Shown: piece by piece, positions 56,462 through 64,000 of the stretch
Layout of the letters: each line of letters starts with the position of its first letter
Position numbering within the stretch: the stretch's first letter is position 1
Source: a virus
Direction: 5' to 3' (one strand)
Length of the DNA: 64,000 bases
Virus record (IMG/VR): IMGVR_UViG_3300021959_004274
Location: 28,188-92,187 of that record
Notes under the pieces: generated by a model
Told to the model about the DNA's origin: nothing
The model's input: only the letters and a program-made list of their open reading frames with translations
The model's database searches: none
Made by a program: the position numbers and the translations under genes

Positions 56462-56463
56462 AA

Positions 56464-57657
56464 TTATAACTCCGAGCTAAATGCTAATTTACAATCTGCA
56501 TTATTTGTGTCTATAAAACAAGCGTGACCTTGAGTTCTAGATAATCCTGATAAAGATATAAACTCGTTTGTTGTACCACCTTGACTCCAAATTGATACAC
56601 CTGTTGCATTGGAGAAACCATTACCCGCAAAGGCTCTAAAATTAGTTGCTGAAGCAACTTCAAGACTTGGGTCTGCTCTCATATTCACTGGAAATTTGAT
56701 GTTTGCATAAGCTACTGATGCTGTATACATAGCACCATTTGCTACTGCCCTTGAAGTTCCTTCACAATGTAAATAATAATACCTCTGACACATAGCTAAC
56801 TCTTGGCTATACATTCTGTGTTCAAAGTCACTAGCACCTTCTCCGACTTCGAGTTGGACGCCTGTGATGTTGATATAATTATTTACAGCGTCTGCGAGGT
56901 TAACTTGTCCAACAAATCTATTAGCTGGAGTATCAGTTCCCCATGTTGTTTGTAGTGTTCCAGAACTATTGTCTGTTCCAGCACATAAACCAAAAGTTAA
57001 ATCTAAACTTCTTCCATTGTCATTATCAAAAGCACTAACAGTATCTCCAACAAATGTCAATGTTTTCTTTTCCCAAGTGTCTGCTACGGTAATCGTATAT
57101 GATTTACATATCATTCTGGTATTATCAATATCTGATAATCGTATTATATATGTTCCAGTTTTATTAGATTTAACCCAAAAAGATACAGTTAAAGATTCAG
57201 CGTTTGCTGTGCCTTTTTTAAGATGTTGTAAGTTTTGTCCTTCTATACTTTGGTGCATTTGTAAAAAAGAATTAGCACTTAAACTAGCGTTAGCAGTAGT
57301 CCATAAAAATTTAATACTTTTATTAAAACCTTGTCCAGTAGGAACATCTGAGTCTTGAGATTGAGTAAATGTTCCAAATGTAGTTCCACCAATATCAAAT
57401 CTGTCTAATGTATAATATCCACTAGAAGTAATACTAGCTACACTCGTTGCCCTCTGTGCAATCCTCATATCACCATTGATGATAAGGTTACGGAAACTAC
57501 CACCACGAAGAGAGTTACCATTAGCATCTTGTAATCCGTTGGCTGTAACTTTGGCTTTGGTTACACCATCAGATTGTAATTCTATTTCGCCACTGGCATC
57601 AGCAGTATATTCAATACCACCTGTGCCTGTTGTCTTTGCGTTAATTGTTGATGCCAT
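56464..57657 (-). CDS. Tail fibre/RBP, copy 2
   Basis: RNLIINGDMRIAQR...TGVQLEVG...ELAMCQRY. Confidence 0.8.
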   Translation of the reverse strand: MASTINAKTTGTGGIEYTADASGEIELQSDGVTKAKVTANGLQDANGNSLRGGSFRNLIINGDMRIAQRATSVASITSSGYYTLDRFDIGGTTFGTFTQSQDSDVPTGQGFNKSIKFLWTTANASLSANSFLQMHQSIEGQNLQHLKKGTANAESLTVSFWVKSNKTGTYIIRLSDIDNTRMICKSYTITVADTWEKKTLTFVGDTVSAFDNDNGRSLDLTFGLCAGTDNSSGTLQTTWGTDTPANRFVGQVNLADAVNNYINITGVQLEVGEGASDFEHRMYSQELAMCQRYYYLHCEGTSRAVANGAMYTASVAYANIKFPVNMRADPSLEVASATNFRAFAGNGFSNATGVSIWSQGGTTNEFISLSGLSRTQGHACFIDTNNADCKLAFSSEL

Positions 57658-57666
57658 TTGCTATCC

Positions 57667-57930
57667 CTATAATACCACGTGTTTAGAACCTGAAGGTATT
57701 GTCAACGACACACCACTTTTTAATGTTAAAGGTCCTACCGTCATTATATTTTTACCTGTACCTACTGTGTAACTTTCAGACATTACCTGACTAGTTTCGT
57801 ATATTGCACCACCAGCAACCAGCCCTGGGTTTGCTACACGCACCCAAGCAGTTTTAGTTGAGTTGTATTGATACAACACACCATTTATTGTTGTTTGGTC
57901 ACCGTTACTTGGTGAAGTTGGAAATGCCAT
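57667..57930 (-). CDS. Small tail fibre adaptor
   Basis: FPTSPSNGD anchor + GKNIMTVGPLTL domain. Confidence 0.7.
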   Translation of the reverse strand: MAFPTSPSNGDQTTINGVLYQYNSTKTAWVRVANPGLVAGGAIYETSQVMSESYTVGTGKNIMTVGPLTLKSGVSLTIPSGSKHVVL

Positions 57931-57951
57931 AATATTAATCCTTTATTCTAT

Positions 57952-58125
57952 TTATTCGTCCGCTGGTTCTGGTGTATTACCTAGTGCTACCCAAGCAAGA
58001 TATTCTTGGTAGTCTGTGTTTGCTTCATCTACTGGAACACAAGCAACTTGCACTCCATTTTCTTTTTTAGAAAGCGATATTAAATCGTTATTAAACCCAA
58101 GTTGTTTTTGATATGTAATTGTCAT
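57952..58125 (-). CDS. Tail fibre chaperone copy 1, 57 aa (not in ORF track)
   Basis: MTITYQK...NTDYQEYLAWVALGNTPEPADE. Confidence 0.8.
   Translation of the reverse strand: MTITYQKQLGFNNDLISLSKKENGVQVACVPVDEANTDYQEYLAWVALGNTPEPADE
57967..58024. repeat. RBP cassette 3' border repeat (copies 54879-54936 and about 56288-56356)
   Basis: 57/58 identity to 54879-54936. Confidence 0.9.
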
Positions 58126-60549
58126 TTATAACTCCGCATTCGCTTGAAATGTTTGCCCAGAACCATTGTTAGTAATTACTACAGTCCCATGACCTTGTGT
58201 TAATCCTGATGCTACTCCAAAAGCAACCATGGCTGACATTGGGTTACCATAATTACTGGCAATAGAGGTTACTGCTAGACCACTACCAGCACTATTTAAT
58301 ACATATAAAGTTCCTGTGTAGGATAATGTTGGTTTTGCTCTCATCATTACAGGATATTGAATTGAAATTCTAGCTTCTGTTGATGATACATTGTAACCTG
58401 CACCAATAGTAGGATAAGTTGGAGCACCACCAAGATAAGAATCAGCAATATAAAAATACCTCTGACACATTGCTAACTCTGTACTATACATTCTGTGTTC
58501 AAAGGGGGTGGCTTGTGAACCTACTTCTAATTGCACACCTGTGATGTACAGTGTAGCACCATTTGTATTTACTAATCTATTTGCTGATGATGTTATAAAA
58601 TCATTAGTAGACTGCCAAGCACTAGCAGTGCCATTAAACTCACTACCACCACCTAACGCAAAACCTAATTCAGCTCCAACACTAGTGCCAGTCAACCATG
58701 TCCCACTTGTTGGTCCTGATATTGTTACAGTTTTATACTCCCATGTGTTAGCAGATGATATTGTATATTCAAATATATAAGATGTAGTATAAGAACCACC
58801 ATCTCTTAATGCACCAGCAAATGTACCAGTCAATGATGACTTCACCCAAAATGAAACTGTAACTGTTTTAGCACTAGCATTACCATAGTGTAAATGTTCT
58901 ATATTATTTCCTTCAAATCTATGTTGAACTAAAAAGTAATCTCCTGAAGCTTCTGTATAAGCAGATGAAGATGTAAATACTATTGAGTTTTTAAACCCTT
59001 GACCAGTAGGAACATCACTAGATTGTTGTGCTGTAAATTTACTAGATTGATTTGACACAATTCTCCATCTATCTACTGGAAAATTAGGACTACCAGAAAC
59101 TGCACTCGTCCCTCTCTGTGCAATCTTCATATCACCATTGATGATAAGGTTTCTAAATGAGGGTTGACTTGATAGATAGTTTCCGCCGGCTGATATACTA
59201 CCACTACTAATAACATTACCACCTGTAATATTACCAGTTGCTGAAATAGTTGAATCTGTAACAGTTACATTACCTGTTGCTACGTTACCACCGGCTGTTA
59301 AATTACCTGTAATAGCATAGTCGCCTGTTGTGCTGTCACCTGTTGAAGCACTTGTAGTATCTACCCAAACATTACTTGTTCCGTCATTGATGTATTCAAA
59401 TAATATTTCATCATCAGTGTCAAACCATTTGTCACCCACACTTGGCGATACAGGTGCTGTATTACCTGTTGTATATGTTGCACCACTGTCTGTGGCAACA
59501 TTACCAAAGTAGGTAACACCGTTACCATATGTTAACAGTGCTTGTCCTGTAGTACCATCTGTGCCGGTATAAGTTACATTGTCTACAGTGATAGTTGCGT
59601 CGCTAACAGTTACATTACCTGTTAATAAGTTACCACCTGTGATATTACCAGTAGCAGTAAACGGATATGACGCCAAAATATCATGTGTGCTTTCTCTAAT
59701 TGCTAGTGCGTCTGTCCAACTACTATCCCAAAATTGTAGTTTAATACCATCTGATGATACACCACCTCTAAGTGTTAAACTAGATGTGCTACTTAGACCA
59801 TGAGCACTTACTTCGCCTGTGGCAACTCTACCACTAACAGTAATTGAGCCTGCTGTTGAAATATTATTTGAACCAAGATTTGAAAGCAACGATGTTACAT
59901 TAGCATCAGTATAGCCTGCTGGTAGACCTGTCAGTTGGCTACCATCACCAATAAACGATCCAGAGGTTGTAATATTACCTGTAGCAGTGATAGTTGCGTC
60001 GTCAATAGTTACATTACCAGTTGTTAAGTTACCACCTGTAATGGTACCTGATAAGTTAATTGCTGTGTTGTTTACCCAAGCACTGCCATTGTATGTTAAT
60101 ATATCATTGCTTGATGTTGATGTAAGTGTAACGTCTGATAAGTTAGCAAACGAAGAACCCCCTGAGGAATGTTGTTCAAATGTTAATTCTGTAGTACCTA
60201 AAGTTACTGCACCATCAGTGGTTAATTTCCAAAATGTATCAGCATAAGATGTACCTTCGCTAACTATACATGTCATACCTGCTAATACTTCTTCATTTTG
60301 ATTAGCGTCTCGACTACGTACCCAGGTACCGTTAGAACCTGAACCCACCGAAGTTACTCGGTAGATGCCGTTTTCTGTTGCATCTGTTTGTGCTGTTACA
60401 AGGATTCTATCTTCTAAGGTAAGACTAACACCGTCAACGGTAGCTGGAGCGCCACCGCTGAGTGTTACGTTTGATGTTGTAACTACACGTACAGAGCTCT
60501 TTGCTGATTGTCCGGATAGTTGATGTGCCTTAGGCCTGGTTAAGGGCAT
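58126..60549 (-). CDS. Long tail fibre with C-terminal RBP domain, copy 1
   Basis: DGVSL..DRILV..Q...NGIY anchor; ATGNITGGN repeats; NLIINGDM domain. Confidence 0.85.
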   Translation of the reverse strand: MPLTRPKAHQLSGQSAKSSVRVVTTSNVTLSGGAPATVDGVSLTLEDRILVTAQTDATENGIYRVTSVGSGSNGTWVRSRDANQNEEVLAGMTCIVSEGTSYADTFWKLTTDGAVTLGTTELTFEQHSSGGSSFANLSDVTLTSTSSNDILTYNGSAWVNNTAINLSGTITGGNLTTGNVTIDDATITATGNITTSGSFIGDGSQLTGLPAGYTDANVTSLLSNLGSNNISTAGSITVSGRVATGEVSAHGLSSTSSLTLRGGVSSDGIKLQFWDSSWTDALAIRESTHDILASYPFTATGNITGGNLLTGNVTVSDATITVDNVTYTGTDGTTGQALLTYGNGVTYFGNVATDSGATYTTGNTAPVSPSVGDKWFDTDDEILFEYINDGTSNVWVDTTSASTGDSTTGDYAITGNLTAGGNVATGNVTVTDSTISATGNITGGNVISSGSISAGGNYLSSQPSFRNLIINGDMKIAQRGTSAVSGSPNFPVDRWRIVSNQSSKFTAQQSSDVPTGQGFKNSIVFTSSSAYTEASGDYFLVQHRFEGNNIEHLHYGNASAKTVTVSFWVKSSLTGTFAGALRDGGSYTTSYIFEYTISSANTWEYKTVTISGPTSGTWLTGTSVGAELGFALGGGSEFNGTASAWQSTNDFITSSANRLVNTNGATLYITGVQLEVGSQATPFEHRMYSTELAMCQRYFYIADSYLGGAPTYPTIGAGYNVSSTEARISIQYPVMMRAKPTLSYTGTLYVLNSAGSGLAVTSIASNYGNPMSAMVAFGVASGLTQGHGTVVITNNGSGQTFQANAEL
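59128..59187. repeat. RBP cassette 5' border repeat (copies 56063-56122 and, shorter, 57466-57489)
   Basis: 57/60 identity to 56063-56122; 24-nt exact match to 57466-57489. Confidence 0.9.
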
Positions 60550-60560
60550 TTACCTCTCCC

Positions 60561-62057
60561 TTAGACTATATTACCTATTGTGTCTGCGTTATATTCGAAT
60601 GCTCTCCAACTTGAACCAGCTTTTACAACAACATTTCCTGTAGTATTTGACACATTAATAGTTAAATTTGTGTCACTTGTTGGAGTACATGTTCCAACAA
60701 ACTGAATATGATATGATCCTACTTGATCAAATATTGTAGTTCCTGAAGAAACACCATTATAAAAAAGTGTATATGAAACGCCTGCACCTTGTTGTCCAGA
60801 AGTAATTGCTGAGAAGAATTCAGACATATCTCCCGCACTTTCTGTATACCCAACCTCAATATTACCTATTGATTGATTGTCAAGAATTAAGTGTCCCATA
60901 AATTCATAATGTTTACCAGCTTTTAATGCTATGCTTTGGCCAAACGCACTTGTAGGAGTACTTTGGATAACATTGCCGTCTGCTGTTTGCCAAATAACAT
61001 GTGGAACAAACGCTGTTGTTTGTGTTGATCCATCATTTAAAGTGATTCCGCTATCGCTAACACTTGTATTACCTGTTGTTGATTGGAAAGTAGTTGCTGT
61101 AACAGTGCCATTAGCAGTTACATTATAACAATCAATAACTGCTGAAGCGTTTGCTATTGATAAGTCTCCATCAACTTGTAGGTCAGTTAGTGTACCTACT
61201 CCAGTAACATTTGGTTGATCAGCTGTTTTTAATGTACCCCATACGTTGGTAGCAAGTACATCACCTGTAACATTAACATTTCCTGAAGCAGTAACAGTAG
61301 CAGTTGTTACATCACCTGCTGTTGTTAAGTTACCACCTGTTACATTACCTGTTGCTACAACTGTTGCGCCTTGGACTGTGGCTGTTGAAATAACAGCAGT
61401 TGTACCTAAAATGTAATCACCTGATATGTTGCCTGTTGCTGTAACATCACCACTTGTTACAACATTTGGTGTTGTAATATTTGATGTGTTAATAACCGTT
61501 GTAGTAGGACTTGGATCTTGATAGTTGTTGGCAAAAAATGTTATTGGACCATTTTGTGTTAATGATACCACTGAATTGCCGTTGTTAAGAACTGTACCTG
61601 ATGTTGTTGAGTTACCAGATAAAATTGCATTTGTTACACCATCAGACTGGTAAATTTCTAACATTGTATCTACTTCTTTAAGAACAAGATTGCCAATGTG
61701 TAACGAACCACCAGAAATAAATGCTTCTTTAAATGGTACAGCTGAGCTACCTAAATTATAGGTATTAGCACTAGTAGGAATAATATTTCCTGTAACTGTT
61801 GAGTTTAGTGATACTACACCATTTGCCTGCGTTGGGCCATTTAATATAATTGTACCAGTACCTGCTGGGTTTAAGTCAATATTGCCGTTAGTGTTTGTTG
61901 ATGCAATAGTATTATCTGAAATCTGTAAATTTGTACCTACTGGGCCAGCCGCATAGACTTCATCAAAGTTATCGTTTAACTTGTCAAAAGCCGTGCGTAA
62001 TGGATCGCCGGTATTGTCGTTGGCTGTTACGCCGATGTTAACTGTTTGTTTTGCCAT
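60561..62057 (-). CDS. Baseplate-anchored fibre with T4 gp9/gp10-like N-terminus
   Basis: MAKQTVNIGVTANDNTGDPLRTAFDKLNDNF; late box upstream. Confidence 0.75.
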   Translation of the reverse strand: MAKQTVNIGVTANDNTGDPLRTAFDKLNDNFDEVYAAGPVGTNLQISDNTIASTNTNGNIDLNPAGTGTIILNGPTQANGVVSLNSTVTGNIIPTSANTYNLGSSAVPFKEAFISGGSLHIGNLVLKEVDTMLEIYQSDGVTNAILSGNSTTSGTVLNNGNSVVSLTQNGPITFFANNYQDPSPTTTVINTSNITTPNVVTSGDVTATGNISGDYILGTTAVISTATVQGATVVATGNVTGGNLTTAGDVTTATVTASGNVNVTGDVLATNVWGTLKTADQPNVTGVGTLTDLQVDGDLSIANASAVIDCYNVTANGTVTATTFQSTTGNTSVSDSGITLNDGSTQTTAFVPHVIWQTADGNVIQSTPTSAFGQSIALKAGKHYEFMGHLILDNQSIGNIEVGYTESAGDMSEFFSAITSGQQGAGVSYTLFYNGVSSGTTIFDQVGSYHIQFVGTCTPTSDTNLTINVSNTTGNVVVKAGSSWRAFEYNADTIGNIV

Positions 62058-62124
62058 AGTCCAAAATCCTCTTTATTTGTATATTATTTATCACGAATTA
62101 AAAGTATTTAGATTTTAAGTCAAG

Positions 62125-62148
62125 AAAAAACCCGGACTAGCCGGGTTT
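62125..62148 (-). terminator. Rho-independent terminator
   Basis: AAACCCGG/CCGGGTTT + T run. Confidence 0.8.
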
Positions 62149-62167
62149 CTTCAAAAGGTTGTATAAC

Positions 62168-62893
62168 TTAGTGTTTAACCACTACTTCGATAACACCTTC
62201 GTCACCTTCATGTGCTTGTAAAGCCTTACCAATAACAGCACCCACTTTAGGATTTGCTTCAGCTTTAGCCATACCGTTACCAGCTGATACTAACATATCA
62301 CCTTTAGCAACTGGACCTTTAACTTTACATGGTACACGACCTTGTAGTGCAACCATTGCTGTGTGTTCTGCTTCTAGACCATCGTTCATTCTGTAGGCTG
62401 GTGCTGTTGAAACTACACCTGCTACTTTTGTACAATGTTCTTGATCACACATAGTAACTTCTTTTTCACCACCAAAGTGTAAAACTGTACCTGGCTCATA
62501 GTCAGCGTCTGCTTCATATTTTTCTGCCAAGTCAGCATACTCTGCTGATGATGCTGTACCGTAAATAGTACCAAACTTGTTAGCTGATGAACCAATATCA
62601 CCAACACCGTTAGTACCAGCTTTAGTAATAGTAGTAGTTGTAATACTAGCATTACCGCCGTCTGATGTTGTTGTTTTAGCGCCAACAATAGTAACGTTTC
62701 TTTCTAAGTTGTCTAAACGACGTAAGTCAGCTTTTGAACCTGTAACAACTAGTTCGTCTGCCGCTGGCTCCGCGTTAGCCGCTAACTCAACCAAGCTACC
62801 TGTTGAGTTATACTTGTATTTTTTTGTTCGATCAAATGAGAATGATGATGTTGTTGATCCTCCTGAGCGAACAAATCTTGCTGTATGTGACAT
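62168..62893 (-). CDS. Fibre protein with peptidase G2-like autocleaving chaperone domain
   Basis: YADLAEKY..DYEPGTV...GRVPCKV..KGDMLV..IGKAL; AGGAG before ATG 62893. Confidence 0.7.
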   Translation of the reverse strand: MSHTARFVRSGGSTTSSFSFDRTKKYKYNSTGSLVELAANAEPAADELVVTGSKADLRRLDNLERNVTIVGAKTTTSDGGNASITTTTITKAGTNGVGDIGSSANKFGTIYGTASSAEYADLAEKYEADADYEPGTVLHFGGEKEVTMCDQEHCTKVAGVVSTAPAYRMNDGLEAEHTAMVALQGRVPCKVKGPVAKGDMLVSAGNGMAKAEANPKVGAVIGKALQAHEGDEGVIEVVVKH

Positions 62894-62953
62894 TTTTAAA
62901 TCTCCTAAAAATAATAGTATGGGGGATGTCATCCCCCTATACTTCACTTACGA

Positions 62954-64000
62954 TTATGTTGCGAGGAACACTGCCTCAATTTCATCGTTTTCTGCAACTG
63001 TATCACTTGCAAATGTTATTGTACCGTTTGTTAAGTTAACAGTAATTTCTGCTGGTCTTAACAACTGTCTGTTCAAGAACACTTGATAGTAAGAAGCCTG
63101 TGTTAGGTCAAAACCTAATGTACCGGCTGTAAGAGCAAGTGTAGAACCTGTGTTATTAGTTGCGTTTGAACTTGTAACAACATAAACATTAGAATGGTTA
63201 TATTGTCCTAAGAAGTTCTGACCTGAGAATGTTAAGTTACCAGTAACAACAACGTCACCTGTAATTTCAACTTGTGTATCAGCACATTCAATAGTAACGT
63301 TACCTGCACCGTTTGCTAATGAAGCAACTGTTGAAGTTGTAGTAATTTGACGTACTTCAATCTTATCACCAGTTTCTGGAGCTTCAGTAAATGTCATTGC
63401 ATTGCCTGACACAGAGTAAGCAGTAGTTGGTAATTGAACCACACCGTTAATACTTACGATACATGATTGTGTAGTCTGATCACTGCCTAGTGTAAAGGCA
63501 GTTGTTGAACCATCACCGTCAAATGACTCTGACGCAATAACAGTAAATGATGGAACACCAAGTGCTTTAAACTCACTGTCTGTTACGTCCCATGCTTCAA
63601 CCTGGTCAGTTGATGAGTTGTAACGAATCATACCGGCTACACCAGATGGACGTTGTGCTGTTGTACCTACTGGAATTTTTATAGCATCAGTAGATTCAAT
63701 ACAAACTGTACAGTTAGCACTTGATGGAACACCACCAAAACCAACTGAGTTGATACCTGCATCAACATAAACTAGGTTAGCGTTTGATGTACCTTCAACA
63801 CGGAAGTCTACATCTTCAGCATCTTCGTTAACAATAACAGAACCATTACCTGTAAGGTTTAGTGTTGACAAATTACCGTCAACTGTACCTGCGTATACAG
63901 TGCCTGATGCTGTAACATTGGCCCCGTCAAAATCACGTGAACTTGAAATAGTAACAACGTTACCAACTAGATAATTATTGGAAGTATTAATATTACCTGT
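62954..64000 (-). CDS. Partial large tail/baseplate fibre protein (begins beyond window)
   Basis: PVGTTAQRP..GMIRYN, FDGDGSTTAF..INGVVQ repeats. Confidence 0.7.
   Translation of the reverse strand, partial: TGNINTSNNYLVGNVVTISSSRDFDGANVTASGTVYAGTVDGNLSTLNLTGNGSVIVNEDAEDVDFRVEGTSNANLVYVDAGINSVGFGGVPSSANCTVCIESTDAIKIPVGTTAQRPSGVAGMIRYNSSTDQVEAWDVTDSEFKALGVPSFTVIASESFDGDGSTTAFTLGSDQTTQSCIVSINGVVQLPTTAYSVSGNAMTFTEAPETGDKIEVRQITTTSTVASLANGAGNVTIECADTQVEITGDVVVTGNLTFSGQNFLGQYNHSNVYVVTSSNATNNTGSTLALTAGTLGFDLTQASYYQVFLNRQLLRPAEITVNLTNGTITFASDTVAENDEIEAVFLAT

Noticed and set aside
54879-59187. CRISPR array
   Set aside because: Repeats are coding, about 60 nt long and more than 1 kb apart
52407-60549. 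Diversity-generating retroelement or invertase shufflon
   Set aside because: No reverse transcriptase or recombinase in the window; repeats are direct, and mismatches are not adenine-specific
12619-62947. Extended 5' starts given by the ORF track (12939, 13186, 16144, 30252, 43364, 44507, 51670, 52976, 62947)
   Set aside because: Downstream ATGs fit RBS, promoter or translational-coupling evidence better
1305-63086. Short antisense or shadow ORFs in the track (e.g. 2091-2546, 12287-12580, 47753-48046, 56969-57358, 62577-63086)
   Set aside because: They lie wholly opposite well-supported genes, with no RBS or recognisable motifs
1-64000. Stop-codon reassignment
   Set aside because: Core genes are full length in the standard code, and TAA, TAG and TGA all end genes
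1-64000. Specific host assignment
   Set aside because: No diagnostic host-derived genes are visible in this window

Overview
This window is a 64-kb segment of an AT-rich (roughly 35% GC by eye), large T4-like myophage genome using the standard genetic code, with almost all genes on the minus strand. It contains: (i) a replication/recombination block (gp41 helicase, gp61 primase, gp62-like clamp-loader subunit, UvsW, UvsX, UvsY, gp32, and a very small DnaE-like polymerase); (ii) a small early-gene island driven by near-consensus sigma70 promoters; (iii) a glycan/small-molecule modification set (GT8-like and KpsS-like glycosyltransferases, methyltransferases, two radical SAM proteins, two sulfotransferase-like proteins, SDR, SGNH hydrolase); (iv) rearranged morphogenesis genes (gp17, gp16, gp4, gp19, gp18, gp13, gp14, gp15) interleaved with many probable head-packaged proteins; and (v) an array of receptor-binding tail fibres with small chaperones and DNA repeats at module borders. 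The most notable observations are a 3'-UTR hairpin whose loop is antisense to a shared early-gene RBS, a nucleotidyltransferase-ligase fusion with a possible capsid-targeting N-terminus, a ~190-aa mini-DnaE, the repeat-bracketed RBP cassettes, widespread apparent leaderless transcripts, and a metallothionein-like ORF missing from the ORF track. All family calls come from motif recognition only; no searches were run.
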